A DNA stretch of 32,000 bases. It comes from Caldimicrobium thiodismutans. GTDB taxonomy: Bacteria; Desulfobacterota; Thermodesulfobacteria; Thermodesulfobacteriales; Thermodesulfobacteriaceae. Numbering within the stretch: the stretch's first letter is position 1; every line of letters starts with the position of its first letter. This document shows positions 1 through 8,135 of the stretch, piece by piece. The translations under genes were made by a program, and so were the position numbers. The stretch is taken from NCBI RefSeq assembly GCF_001548275.1, contig NZ_AP014945.1:180001-212000 (forward strand). The letters are read 5' to 3'. The notes under the pieces are model-generated. The model saw only the letters and a program-made list of their open reading frames with translations, was not told the origin of the DNA and searched no databases.

Positions 1-2
1 GA

Positions 3-446
3 GATGTAGTAAGCATTCATTGTGTGGGAAGGCTTGGTTCTGGTGAGGTCTTTGAAGATACCTCTCAGGGTGATCCCTTTGTTTTTGAGGTAGGATCTCC
101 TGAGATTATTCCTGGACTTTCTGAGGCAGTGCTGGGAATGAGCGAGGGAGAAGAAAGAGAGGTTGTTATTCCAAAGGAAAAGGCCTTTGGTGAGAGAGAT
201 GAAAATCTCATTAGGAATATTCCAAGGGAGGGTCTAAGTCTTGATGTTGAGCCTACTCCGGGGTTAATGCTGAATCTTATTGTAGATACCCCTCAAGGGG
301 AGATGACCTTTCCTGCCATGGTGATTGATGTAAGTCCAGAAGAAATCCTTCTGGATCTAAATCCTCCTCTGGCAGGAGAAGACCTCTATTTCCACATTAA
401 ACTCGTAAAGATTTTGAATGAGTCAGAATCAAACATAATCCTTTGA
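3..446 (+). CDS. slyD: FKBP-type peptidyl-prolyl cis-trans isomerase, SlyD-like, 5' end outside the window
   Basis: The frame is open from the window edge (..DVVSIHCVGRLGSGEVFEDTSQGDPFVFEVGSPEIIPGLSEAVLGMSEGEEREVVIP..), which is typical FKBP core. An insert-in-flap-like segment follows, then ..LNPPLAGEDLYFHIKLVKI. The stop is at 444-446. Confidence 0.8.
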   Translation, partial: DVVSIHCVGRLGSGEVFEDTSQGDPFVFEVGSPEIIPGLSEAVLGMSEGEEREVVIPKEKAFGERDENLIRNIPREGLSLDVEPTPGLMLNLIVDTPQGEMTFPAMVIDVSPEEILLDLNPPLAGEDLYFHIKLVKILNESESNIIL

Positions 447-476
447 GATAAAAGGGGGCCTTGGCCCCCCTTATCT
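447..476. terminator. GC-rich hairpin between convergent genes (likely bidirectional terminator)
   Basis: AAAGGGGGCC-TT-GGCCCCCCTT (about 451-472) sits between the slyD-like stop (446) and the DUF39 stop (476). It is flanked by A/T-rich sequence. Confidence 0.6.
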
Positions 477-1666
477 TATCTCATGGGAAATAGTTCTGCA
501 CCCTGAAGAGGTGCTACTGGTTCAGTAAGAAGCATCTCGCCCCTTTGAATCCATCCCTTTAGGATTTCAGCGACTTCCTTGGATTTGATAAAGCTTGTTA
601 TAGGAACTGTAGAAACCTCTTTGCCCAGAATATTAATTTTTCCACTTTTAAGCTCTGCATAACTAACAATACCATAATTGCGCTTTATACCATTGGGATA
701 GTCCTGGGAGTAGTCAACTACCTGGGCGAGAAGGTCTTCATCTGAGAGACCAGCCCATTCGGCAACCTGTTCATTAAGAATAGGAATGGGTATTCCTAAA
801 CCCACAGCTAAGGAACAGCCATATCCTAAATGACTTGTGCCAATTAACCACTCAGGTTTCATCTCCTTTAGATTGCCAAGGACCATAAGGGTTGCAGCTG
901 GTTGAATGGGAACCCCTTTGGGACTTCGCTTGACCTCCATTTTGTGCTGGGTCCCTGCCCAGACTACATATCCCTTTGTGCCACCAAGAAAAATGCGCGT
1001 TCCAATTCCAATAGTCTTAAGATAGGGGTCTTTAAAAAGAGGTGAGAGACAACCAGCTGTAGCATAATTGGCATTACCTACATTAGGACGAAGAATTCCC
1101 ATATAAGTATAAAGTATCTTATCCGAAAGGTTGATGGCTACATTGTAATTCTGGTAACTGTTCCTTGGATTACAAAGGACTGCATTGACAAGATCATGAA
1201 TAGTAATCTCCATTTCTAAGGATTTCCTTGGGTAGCAGTGGGTTCCATAGGCTGTAGCCCTGAGTAAAAGCTTTTTTCCAGCTACAAGATCGTGGATGAC
1301 ATGGCCTCCTCCATAAAGGAATTGCCCGGGAAAGACCTTATTTAAGGGGTCATCTTCCTTGGTTTCCGTTGCCCCTATGTAAATATCAACTGCAGCAAGC
1401 CCAGCATAGGCTGGAACATCGTTTAACCAGACCCGATAGGCCTTAATGGTGGGGATGGAATGTCCAAAGTTAATAAAGGCCCCGGATGAGCACATCGGGG
1501 AAAAGGTCCCTGTAGTCACCACATCCACTTCCTTAGCTGCCTTAACCGGGCCAATCTCTTTAACAAGAACTGAAAACTCTTCAGCAGTTAAAACAACAAC
1601 CTGCCCCTTTTCTATCCTTTTATTGATCTCTTCAATACTTCTTTTCACCTTGAAATCTTCAGCCAT
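476..1666 (-). CDS. DUF39 (COG1900) family protein, homocysteine-biosynthesis type (MA1821 / MJ0100 N-domain-like)
   Basis: 396-aa ORF. The N-terminus (INKRIEKGQVVVLTAEEF..EVDVVTTGTFSPMCSSGAFINFG) and overall length match my recollection of the DUF39 family. AGGAGG lies 6 nt upstream of the ATG. Confidence 0.75.
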   Translation of the reverse strand: MAEDFKVKRSIEEINKRIEKGQVVVLTAEEFSVLVKEIGPVKAAKEVDVVTTGTFSPMCSSGAFINFGHSIPTIKAYRVWLNDVPAYAGLAAVDIYIGATETKEDDPLNKVFPGQFLYGGGHVIHDLVAGKKLLLRATAYGTHCYPRKSLEMEITIHDLVNAVLCNPRNSYQNYNVAINLSDKILYTYMGILRPNVGNANYATAGCLSPLFKDPYLKTIGIGTRIFLGGTKGYVVWAGTQHKMEVKRSPKGVPIQPAATLMVLGNLKEMKPEWLIGTSHLGYGCSLAVGLGIPIPILNEQVAEWAGLSDEDLLAQVVDYSQDYPNGIKRNYGIVSYAELKSGKINILGKEVSTVPITSFIKSKEVAEILKGWIQRGEMLLTEPVAPLQGAELFPMR

Positions 1667-1741
1667 TTTTGACCTCCTATAAAATAGAGTTAACTTATAA
1701 AAATATAAACTTTATCCGAAAGATAAAAAAAATCAAGGGCC

Positions 1742-2335
1742 CTATTCAATAAAGGCCAAAACTTTATGACCCTTGGATTCCAGGGTTGAGGCTAAACTTT
1801 CAAGGGGCATCTGTTCTAAGCGAATAAAATAAACCTTCTCTCCATTAAGACTAACATCCATCCCGATAGAGATGATTTTTCCTCCTCTTTTTTTAATCTC
1901 TTCAAGGACATCTTCTAAATGATCATCTAAGGGGACGACATCAATTCTTGAGGAGGCCTTGAGAATTCCCATAAGTTCAATGAAGGCCTCTAAAATATCT
2001 GTAACTGTAATTATCCCAACAAGCTTTCCTTGAGAGACAACAGGCAGCCCACCAATCTTATATTTATAAATAAGACGAGCGGCTTCATCTATAGAGGTCT
2101 CTGGGTCAATAACTACAGGATTAATTATCATAACCTCCCGGAGAGGAAGAGATATTTTTTCTGGAGTCAGATAGGGTCTAAGGCTACTTTCCGTTACCAG
2201 GCCCTTAAGGTTCTCTTTTTCTGTAACAGGTAGATGTCTGATTGAGTGAAGTTTCATTAACTGAAGGGCATCTTCAACTGTGTGTTCCGGGGAGATGGTT
2301 ATCACATCTCGAATCATCCAATTTTTAACCTTCAT
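1742..2335 (-). CDS. CBS-pair protein with a C-terminal ACT-like domain (AcuB-like)
   Basis: There are two CBS motifs (MIRDVITISPEHTVEDALQLMKLHSIRHLPV; IINPVVIDPETSIDEAARLIYKYKIGGLPVV). The C-terminal ~70 aa is a small alpha/beta regulatory-type domain. GGAGGTG lies upstream of the ATG. Confidence 0.8.
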   Translation of the reverse strand: MKVKNWMIRDVITISPEHTVEDALQLMKLHSIRHLPVTEKENLKGLVTESSLRPYLTPEKISLPLREVMIINPVVIDPETSIDEAARLIYKYKIGGLPVVSQGKLVGIITVTDILEAFIELMGILKASSRIDVVPLDDHLEDVLEEIKKRGGKIISIGMDVSLNGEKVYFIRLEQMPLESLASTLESKGHKVLAFIE

Positions 2336-2366
2336 TCTTTTGACACCTCCGCTTAACCTTTTTTAA

Positions 2367-2393
2367 ACTATACCACAATTTATGCAGATGCAA
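2367..2393 (-). promoter_or_regulatory. Candidate sigma-70 promoter for the CBS/DUF39 operon
   Basis: Minus strand reads TTGCAT-15 nt-TGgTATAGT (extended -10), about 30 nt upstream of the CBS gene ATG. Confidence 0.4.
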
Positions 2394-2465
2394 GCCAGGT
2401 TTAACAGTAGTTCCCTCAGCTATAGACATTTATTTCTGTAGCTGAGTGTTTTGCAGGGTAGGGGA

Positions 2466-2591
2466 CTATAGGCTCCCTACATTTTCAATATTCTCAAAAA
2501 AATCCTCATAACTTAAACCTGATACATACTTTTTTATTCGTTTGCACGCTTCAAGGATATCAAGCAGATACTCTTTATCGGTTCTACGCAT
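2466..2591 (-). pseudogene. HepT (DUF86) toxin remnant, N-terminal 41 codons only
   Basis: It translates to MRRTDKEYLLDILEACKRIKKYVSGLSYEDFFENIENVGSL*. This matches the typical HepT N-terminus, but the ORF stops long before the C-terminal Rx4HxY catalytic region. The ATG overlaps the stop of the upstream MntA-like frame (ATGCGTAG). Confidence 0.6.
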
Positions 2592-2778
2592 AAACTATAC
2601 TCCTTTTGATTTCCTCTTTGATGTAGGGAATCCTTATAGTTTCAATGCTGTCCTTTGTCAAAAGATCCACTTTCTTAGCACCAAGTAAATTTTCCAGATA
2701 CTCTACGAGTGTATGCGTCCATATCTTTTGAGACTTAATGAGAAATTTTTCTTCCAGCTCTTTCCATTTTCCATCCCC
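2584..2778 (-). pseudogene. MntA-type nucleotidyltransferase antitoxin remnant with an internal deletion and no start codon
   Basis: The frame reads ..WKELEEKFLIKSQKIWTHTLVEYLENLLGAKKVDLLTKDSIETIRIPYIKEEIKRSIVYA*. The ends match MNT antitoxins (..EKFGV.. and ..LLG.KVDLVTKD.L...I...I.KE..YV). The GSxxRG..DxD catalytic core is absent, there is no ATG, and a TGA lies at 2779-2781. Confidence 0.55.
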
Positions 2779-2895
2779 TCACCTCTCACCTCTCACCTTT
2801 TCCCTTTTCCCATTTTACCACCTTTCCTTTTTCTTGTAAGGATATGAACTTATGCAGCCCAGCCCTCGTTTATAAAGCCAGTGATTAGTATCTAT

Positions 2896-5800
2896 TTATT
2901 GAATAGACAAATAGTCTTTTAAGGCTTGAGAGGTTGGGGTTTTAACTGTAAGGAAGTCCTCAATTCTTCCCTGAAAGAGGATCTCCCCTCCCCTTTCTCC
3001 TCCTTCTGGACCAAGCTCTATTATCCAGTCCGCAGACTTAATGATTTCAAGATTATGTTCAATGATTATGACTGTATGCCCTCTGTCTACTAACTCTTGC
3101 AGCACCTTCATGAGTTTTTCCACATCCAGGATGTGTAGCCCTGTTGAGGGTTCATCTAAAAGATAAAGGATAGGTTTATGATGTATCTTTCCAAGTTCTT
3201 TGGCAAGCTTTATTCTCTGAGCCTCCCCTCCGGAAAGGGTTGGACTTGGTTGGCCCAGAGAAAGATAGTCAAGCCCTATTTCACAGGGAAGATTTAGCTT
3301 GTGGGCTATAAAGGGATAGTTTTTAAAAAATTCTCGAGCACTTTCAAAGTCCATCTCAAGGACCTCAGCTATATTTTTGCCCTTAAGGGTTATCTCAAGG
3401 GTCTCAGAATTATATCTCTTTCCCCCACAAAACTCACAAGTCTGATAAATAGAAGGTAAAAACTGGATCTCTACTTTGAGTTTCCCCTGCCCTTTACAAT
3501 AAGGACACTGCCCTTCAGGGGTGTTAAAGGAGAATCTTCCTTCTTTATAACCCCTTTCTCTGCTTAATCTTGTCTGAGCAAAGGCCCGACGGATCTCGGT
3601 AAAGACTTGAATATAGGTAGCTGGAACAGATCTGATGGTATTTCCGATTGGAGAGTGATCCACTAAATAAACCTCTCTTAAGGTCTCAAAGCCCTCTATA
3701 GCTTTTATACCAAAAAGTCCTTTTTCTTCATCGCTACTTAAGATATTTTTCAGATTTTCATAAAGGGCCTCGCAAACAAGAGTGGACTTCCCGGAACCTG
3801 AAACACCCACAACACAGATCAGATTTCCAAGGGGAAAGTTGACCTCAAGGTCTTTGAGATTTCGTAGAGTGACCCCTTTCATTTTAAGAAAATTTTTTTG
3901 AGGTCTGAATCTGCTTGTGATAGTTTTACGAGCTTTGTTTTTAATAGCCTTAGCAGTAAGGGAATCTTCACTTTTAAGGAGCCCCTCTTTGGCTCCAGCA
4001 TAGACGACCCAGCCTCCTTTTTTTCCGCCACCTGGCCCGAGATCTACCACATAATCACTTTCTAAAATAACGGACTCATCATGCTCAACCACTATTATCG
4101 TATTTCCCTTATCCCGAAGTTTCTTTAATACCGCAAGGAGTTTAGAGGTATCCTTAGGATGGAGCCCTATAGTTGGTTCATCGAGAATGTAAGCTACCCC
4201 AGTAAGATTACTTCCAATTTCCCCTGCAATTCTTACCCTTTTTGCCTCACCTGCTGAAAGGGTATCCGCGGAACGGGAGAGAGTAAGATAGGAAAGGCCA
4301 AGCTCTGAAAGGGAATTAAGTCGGTGTAAGATCTCGGGAAGAAGAGTCTCCGCAAGGATCTTATCTTTACCTTCAAAGGAGAGACCTTTAATAAACTCAT
4401 AGGCCCTCTCAATTGAAAGCTCGCAAAGCTCAGGTAAGGATAGTTTATTAATTTTATAATAATAGACCTCTTTTCGATATCTGCTTCCCTTACAGCTTGG
4501 ACAGGTTTTTTCATCAACTACCCCAAGTCCTCCACAACTTGGACAGGCTCCAACCTTGGTATTGAAGGCAAAAAGAAGGGGATCTGGATCAGGAAGACTT
4601 ACTCCACAATTTATACAGACCCTCTTTTGAGAGAGAAAGAATTCCTTAGACCTGGTCTTAAGAATGACGGAGCCTTTGCCCTCAGAGAGACCTTTTTCAA
4701 AAAGATTTAAAAAAGCCTCCTCTGAATGAGGTTGCCCTAAGGAAAGCTCTATGTTGTGTTCCTTAAAGCGAGAAATTTCAGGAATAGGTGGAATTTTATA
4801 AAAAGTCCCATCAATGCGCACCCGGTGAAAGCCTTTTTTAAGCAGACTTTCCAAGAGAGGTCGGTAATGACCTTTGCGATGTCTAACCAGGGGAGCAAGG
4901 ATTTCAATTTCTTCCTTAATTTGATCTTTCCTGAGTTTCAGGGCTATATTTTTTAGTTCTTCAAGGGTATGGATCTTGAGCTCTGCGCCACAGGAGGGAC
5001 AGTAAGCTGTGCTCATTCTTGCATAAAGGAGTCTCAGGTAAGGTAAGATTTCGGTAAGGGTTCCAATGGTTGATCTTGGGGAAAGCTCTCCAGATCTCTG
5101 TTCAAGAGCGACTGTTGCAGGAAGCCCTGATATATCATCAAAATCAATCTCCTCATAGAGTTTAAAAAATTGTCTGAGATAGGCAGGAAGGGTCTCAAGA
5201 AATCTTCTTTGCCCCTCGGTAAAGATAACATCAAAGGCAAGGGTAGACTTACCTGAGCCTGAAAGACCGGTTACTACAATAAATTTCTCTCGGGGTAGAT
5301 CAAGGTCAAGGTTTTTGAGATTGTGATGTCTTATGCCCCTCAGATGAATAGATTTCTCTTCAGCTTTAAATTTTGAGAGATCACCTTCAAAACCCTTAAG
5401 GGTTTTTCCCTTTAAATATTCCTTGAGATATTGAGAGCTTGGGAAGTCTTCCCTGAGAAAGTTTTTAAGACCTCCCTGATAGAGAAGATAGCCACCTTTA
5501 TCGCCTCCTTCAGGCCCAAACTCAAGGATCCAGTCCGCCTTAAGCATGACCTCGGGGTGATGTTCAACCACGATGACAGTATGTCCCTTCTCTTTCAAAA
5601 GGCTAAGAGCGGATAAAAGTTTTTTGATATCCTGGAGATGAAGCCCCACGGTTGGTTCATCTAAAAGTAAAATAGCCTTTCCTGTCTTTATCTGGGAGAG
5701 AACCTCTGCAATCTTTAGTCTCTGAGCCTCACCTCCAGAAAGGTTAGCTAAGGGTTGCCCGAGCCTTAGATAGCCAAGCCCGAGGTCCTGTAAGATCTGA

Positions 5801-8130
5801 AGAAGTTTTTTAATCTCCCGATGATTACCAAAGAAGGTATAGGCCTCATCCACTGTGAGTTCAAGCATTTCCGCAATGTTTTTCCCCCTCCAGCGAATCT
5901 CTAAGGTCTCATCCCTAAAGCGTCTTCCTTTACAGACCTCACAGGGAATTAGAAGGTCTGAGAGAAACTGCATCTCCACAATCTCAAAACCAAGCCCCTT
6001 GCAGTTCGGGCACTGGGCTGTCTCAGAATTAAAGGAAAAATAAGCCTCACTATAACCAAATTTCTGAGCCTCTTCAGTGCTGGCAAGTAGCTTTCTAAGA
6101 AAAGGATAGATCCCCATAAAGGTAGCCACTACTGAACGGGGAGAGCGAGCCAGTGGTTCCTGGGTTAAGTAAAGAACTTGATACTGAGGAGGAAAATTGG
6201 AGATTCCTTGGCAAAACTCAGGGCTTCTTCCCTCTCGAAGGGCTAAAAGACCTTTGTAGAGGATCTCTTCTAAAAAAGTAGATTTTCCTGAACCTGATAC
6301 TCCCGTTATTACAGTTATAGCCTCCAGAGGGATTTGGGCTGAGACCTCCTTGAGATTAAATCTTTTGGCTCCCCTTATCTCAATAAAATTGGAGAGCCTT
6401 CCATCCAGATTTTCCAGCTCTCTTTTTATTTTAAGTTCTTTAAGGGCTTGAGAGGTAGGTGTATCTTTATTTAGGATCTCCTCAGGAGAGCCTGCGTGTA
6501 GAAGATAGCCTCCACCTTCTCCTCCCTCTGGCCCAAGATCTACAAGAAAATCCGAGTTTAGAATGACCTCAGGGTCATGCTCTACCACCACGACGGTATT
6601 ATTTTTAGAGACCAGATGGTGCATGAATTCAAGGACCTTGGAGGTATCTCTTGGATGAAGACCTGTAGTCGGTTCATCCAGGAGGTAGAGAGTTTCAACA
6701 AGATTTGAGGATAGGGCCCGGGTGAGCATGCAGCGATTAACCTCTCCACCTGATAAGGTTTTACTGGCTCTGTTTAAGGTTAAATAGGAGAGCCCAACCC
6801 CGGTAAGATAGCTCAGTCTTCTCTGAATCTCAAGGGCTAATCTTTCTCCCACAGGACTGAGCCCCTTTTGAAGGAGCCTTTCAATAAAAGTTTTAGCATC
6901 CTCTATCTCTAATTGATAAAAATCTCCAATATTGAGGTCATCAATATAAAAATACAGGGCCTTGGGGTTAAAGCGTGTTCCTTGACAGGTTGGACAGATT
7001 ACCTCTCTTCTGAGCCTTGAAAGAAGAATCCGAAAATGAGGTTTGTAGCGATGAGCAGTTAACCAGTCCACCACCTCTTTTAAACCATACCAGCTACCTT
7101 CTCCATTAAATATTTTCTCCTTGATCTCATCAGGATACTGAGAAAAGGGTATATCCAAGCTTATCCCTTTTTTCCTTAGGTACTCAAAGAGATCCATTTT
7201 TACATCTAAAAGGACGGGAAAGTCAAGCACAGGGATAGCCCCTTTGCGTAAGGAAATTTCAGGAAATTTTACCAAGGCTTCAAGATCAACTTTTAGCAAA
7301 TTACCAAAGCCCTTACAGTCTGGACAAGCTCCTTGAGAGGTATTATAGGAAAAAAGGGCTGGATTCTTGGCTGGGGCCTTAAATCCACAAACGGGACATT
7401 CTTCTTTTGAAGAATAGGTGAATTCCTCTCCATATAGGGTCCTGATCTTGAAATGTTCAGCAATTTTTAAAGCCTGTTCAATAGAAGAGATAAGCTCATA
7501 TCTATTTTCATTTTCAATCCTTAGACGATGAAGGAGAATCTCAAGTTCTTCCACCTCTGGAAGGGTTTCCATTTCATCAAGCTCACAGACCTTGCCTTGA
7601 AGAAAGACTCTGGTGAAACCTGAAGAAATAAGCCCCTCTTTAAGGATCTGTAGATCGTGCTCTACCCTTTGGGGCACAAGAAGATAGATAAGTTCCCCTT
7701 GAAAATTTTTAAGGATTTCTTGAGCTAAGGCTTCCGGATCCTTGGGGGTAATGGGGATATTACAGATAGGACATCTGGGAAAAGATTGATGATAATAGAG
7801 CATCTTAGCAAAGTGGCTAATCTCAGTGAGAGTAGCTACTGTTGAGCGGGAGGTTTTTATAAAATTTCCCTGTGGAAAAGCAAGGGCAGGGGGAATATTT
7901 TTTAGATCCTTAACCAAGGGTTTAGGGAGTCTTTCTAAAAACTGACGAATATATGTTGAAAAGGTCTCTAAATAACGCCTGCTTCCCTCAGCATAGAGGG
8001 TATCAAAGACAAGACTTGATTTACCTGCTCCAGATACACCAGTAACAACAATCAGGTGATAAAAGGGAAGAAAGAGGTCAAATCCTTTGAGGTTATTTTG
8101 TTGGAGGGAATAAAGTTCTATGTATTTCAA
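2896..8130 (-). CDS. Tandem-fused UvrA-like ABC ATPase (two complete UvrA units, four nucleotide-binding sites)
   Basis: One uninterrupted 1,744-codon ORF with a TTG start 5 nt after the dksA-like stop. Walker A at aa 31, 610, 955 and 1442. Signatures LSGGE/LSAGE at aa 459, 797, 1291 and 1632. Walker B ..LDEP at aa 484, 823, 1316 and 1658. H-loops VEH(D/H/N) x4. Six CxxC...CxxC zinc modules. The N-terminus is UvrA-like (..TGVSGAGKSSLVFDTLYAEGSRRYLETFSTYIRQFL). Confidence 0.85.
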   Translation of the reverse strand: MKYIELYSLQQNNLKGFDLFLPFYHLIVVTGVSGAGKSSLVFDTLYAEGSRRYLETFSTYIRQFLERLPKPLVKDLKNIPPALAFPQGNFIKTSRSTVATLTEISHFAKMLYYHQSFPRCPICNIPITPKDPEALAQEILKNFQGELIYLLVPQRVEHDLQILKEGLISSGFTRVFLQGKVCELDEMETLPEVEELEILLHRLRIENENRYELISSIEQALKIAEHFKIRTLYGEEFTYSSKEECPVCGFKAPAKNPALFSYNTSQGACPDCKGFGNLLKVDLEALVKFPEISLRKGAIPVLDFPVLLDVKMDLFEYLRKKGISLDIPFSQYPDEIKEKIFNGEGSWYGLKEVVDWLTAHRYKPHFRILLSRLRREVICPTCQGTRFNPKALYFYIDDLNIGDFYQLEIEDAKTFIERLLQKGLSPVGERLALEIQRRLSYLTGVGLSYLTLNRASKTLSGGEVNRCMLTRALSSNLVETLYLLDEPTTGLHPRDTSKVLEFMHHLVSKNNTVVVVEHDPEVILNSDFLVDLGPEGGEGGGYLLHAGSPEEILNKDTPTSQALKELKIKRELENLDGRLSNFIEIRGAKRFNLKEVSAQIPLEAITVITGVSGSGKSTFLEEILYKGLLALREGRSPEFCQGISNFPPQYQVLYLTQEPLARSPRSVVATFMGIYPFLRKLLASTEEAQKFGYSEAYFSFNSETAQCPNCKGLGFEIVEMQFLSDLLIPCEVCKGRRFRDETLEIRWRGKNIAEMLELTVDEAYTFFGNHREIKKLLQILQDLGLGYLRLGQPLANLSGGEAQRLKIAEVLSQIKTGKAILLLDEPTVGLHLQDIKKLLSALSLLKEKGHTVIVVEHHPEVMLKADWILEFGPEGGDKGGYLLYQGGLKNFLREDFPSSQYLKEYLKGKTLKGFEGDLSKFKAEEKSIHLRGIRHHNLKNLDLDLPREKFIVVTGLSGSGKSTLAFDVIFTEGQRRFLETLPAYLRQFFKLYEEIDFDDISGLPATVALEQRSGELSPRSTIGTLTEILPYLRLLYARMSTAYCPSCGAELKIHTLEELKNIALKLRKDQIKEEIEILAPLVRHRKGHYRPLLESLLKKGFHRVRIDGTFYKIPPIPEISRFKEHNIELSLGQPHSEEAFLNLFEKGLSEGKGSVILKTRSKEFFLSQKRVCINCGVSLPDPDPLLFAFNTKVGACPSCGGLGVVDEKTCPSCKGSRYRKEVYYYKINKLSLPELCELSIERAYEFIKGLSFEGKDKILAETLLPEILHRLNSLSELGLSYLTLSRSADTLSAGEAKRVRIAGEIGSNLTGVAYILDEPTIGLHPKDTSKLLAVLKKLRDKGNTIIVVEHDESVILESDYVVDLGPGGGKKGGWVVYAGAKEGLLKSEDSLTAKAIKNKARKTITSRFRPQKNFLKMKGVTLRNLKDLEVNFPLGNLICVVGVSGSGKSTLVCEALYENLKNILSSDEEKGLFGIKAIEGFETLREVYLVDHSPIGNTIRSVPATYIQVFTEIRRAFAQTRLSRERGYKEGRFSFNTPEGQCPYCKGQGKLKVEIQFLPSIYQTCEFCGGKRYNSETLEITLKGKNIAEVLEMDFESAREFFKNYPFIAHKLNLPCEIGLDYLSLGQPSPTLSGGEAQRIKLAKELGKIHHKPILYLLDEPSTGLHILDVEKLMKVLQELVDRGHTVIIIEHNLEIIKSADWIIELGPEGGERGGEILFQGRIEDFLTVKTPTSQALKDYLSIQ

Positions 8131-8135
8131 AGGGT

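Noticed and set aside
1446-2233. Antisense ORFs 1446-1682 (+) and 2030-2233 (+)
   Set aside because: They lie opposite the well-supported DUF39 and CBS genes. They have no motifs and are typical shadow ORFs.
2380-2397. Minus-strand TGGCTTGCATCTGCAT upstream of the CBS gene as a sigma-54 promoter
   Set aside because: The GG and GC dinucleotides are spaced one nucleotide too close (GG-N9-GC). The same sequence is better explained as the -35 (TTGCAT) of an extended -10 sigma-70 promoter.
2780-2798. CACCTCT heptamer run (about 2.7 copies) and adjacent TTTTCCC repeats, considered as a possible CRISPR or phase-variation tract
   Set aside because: It is far too short, with no spacers and no flanking array or cas genes. 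It reads as low-complexity debris next to the TA remnant. I did not find a CRISPR array anywhere in the window.
4233-6043. Five short ORFs (4233-4517 -, 4756-4956 +, 5034-5240 -, 5431-5616 +, 5855-6043 +) inside the UvrA-like gene
   Set aside because: They are alternative-frame or antisense ORFs nested wholly in a strongly supported 1,744-codon ORF. Their compositions are biased and they have no RBS.
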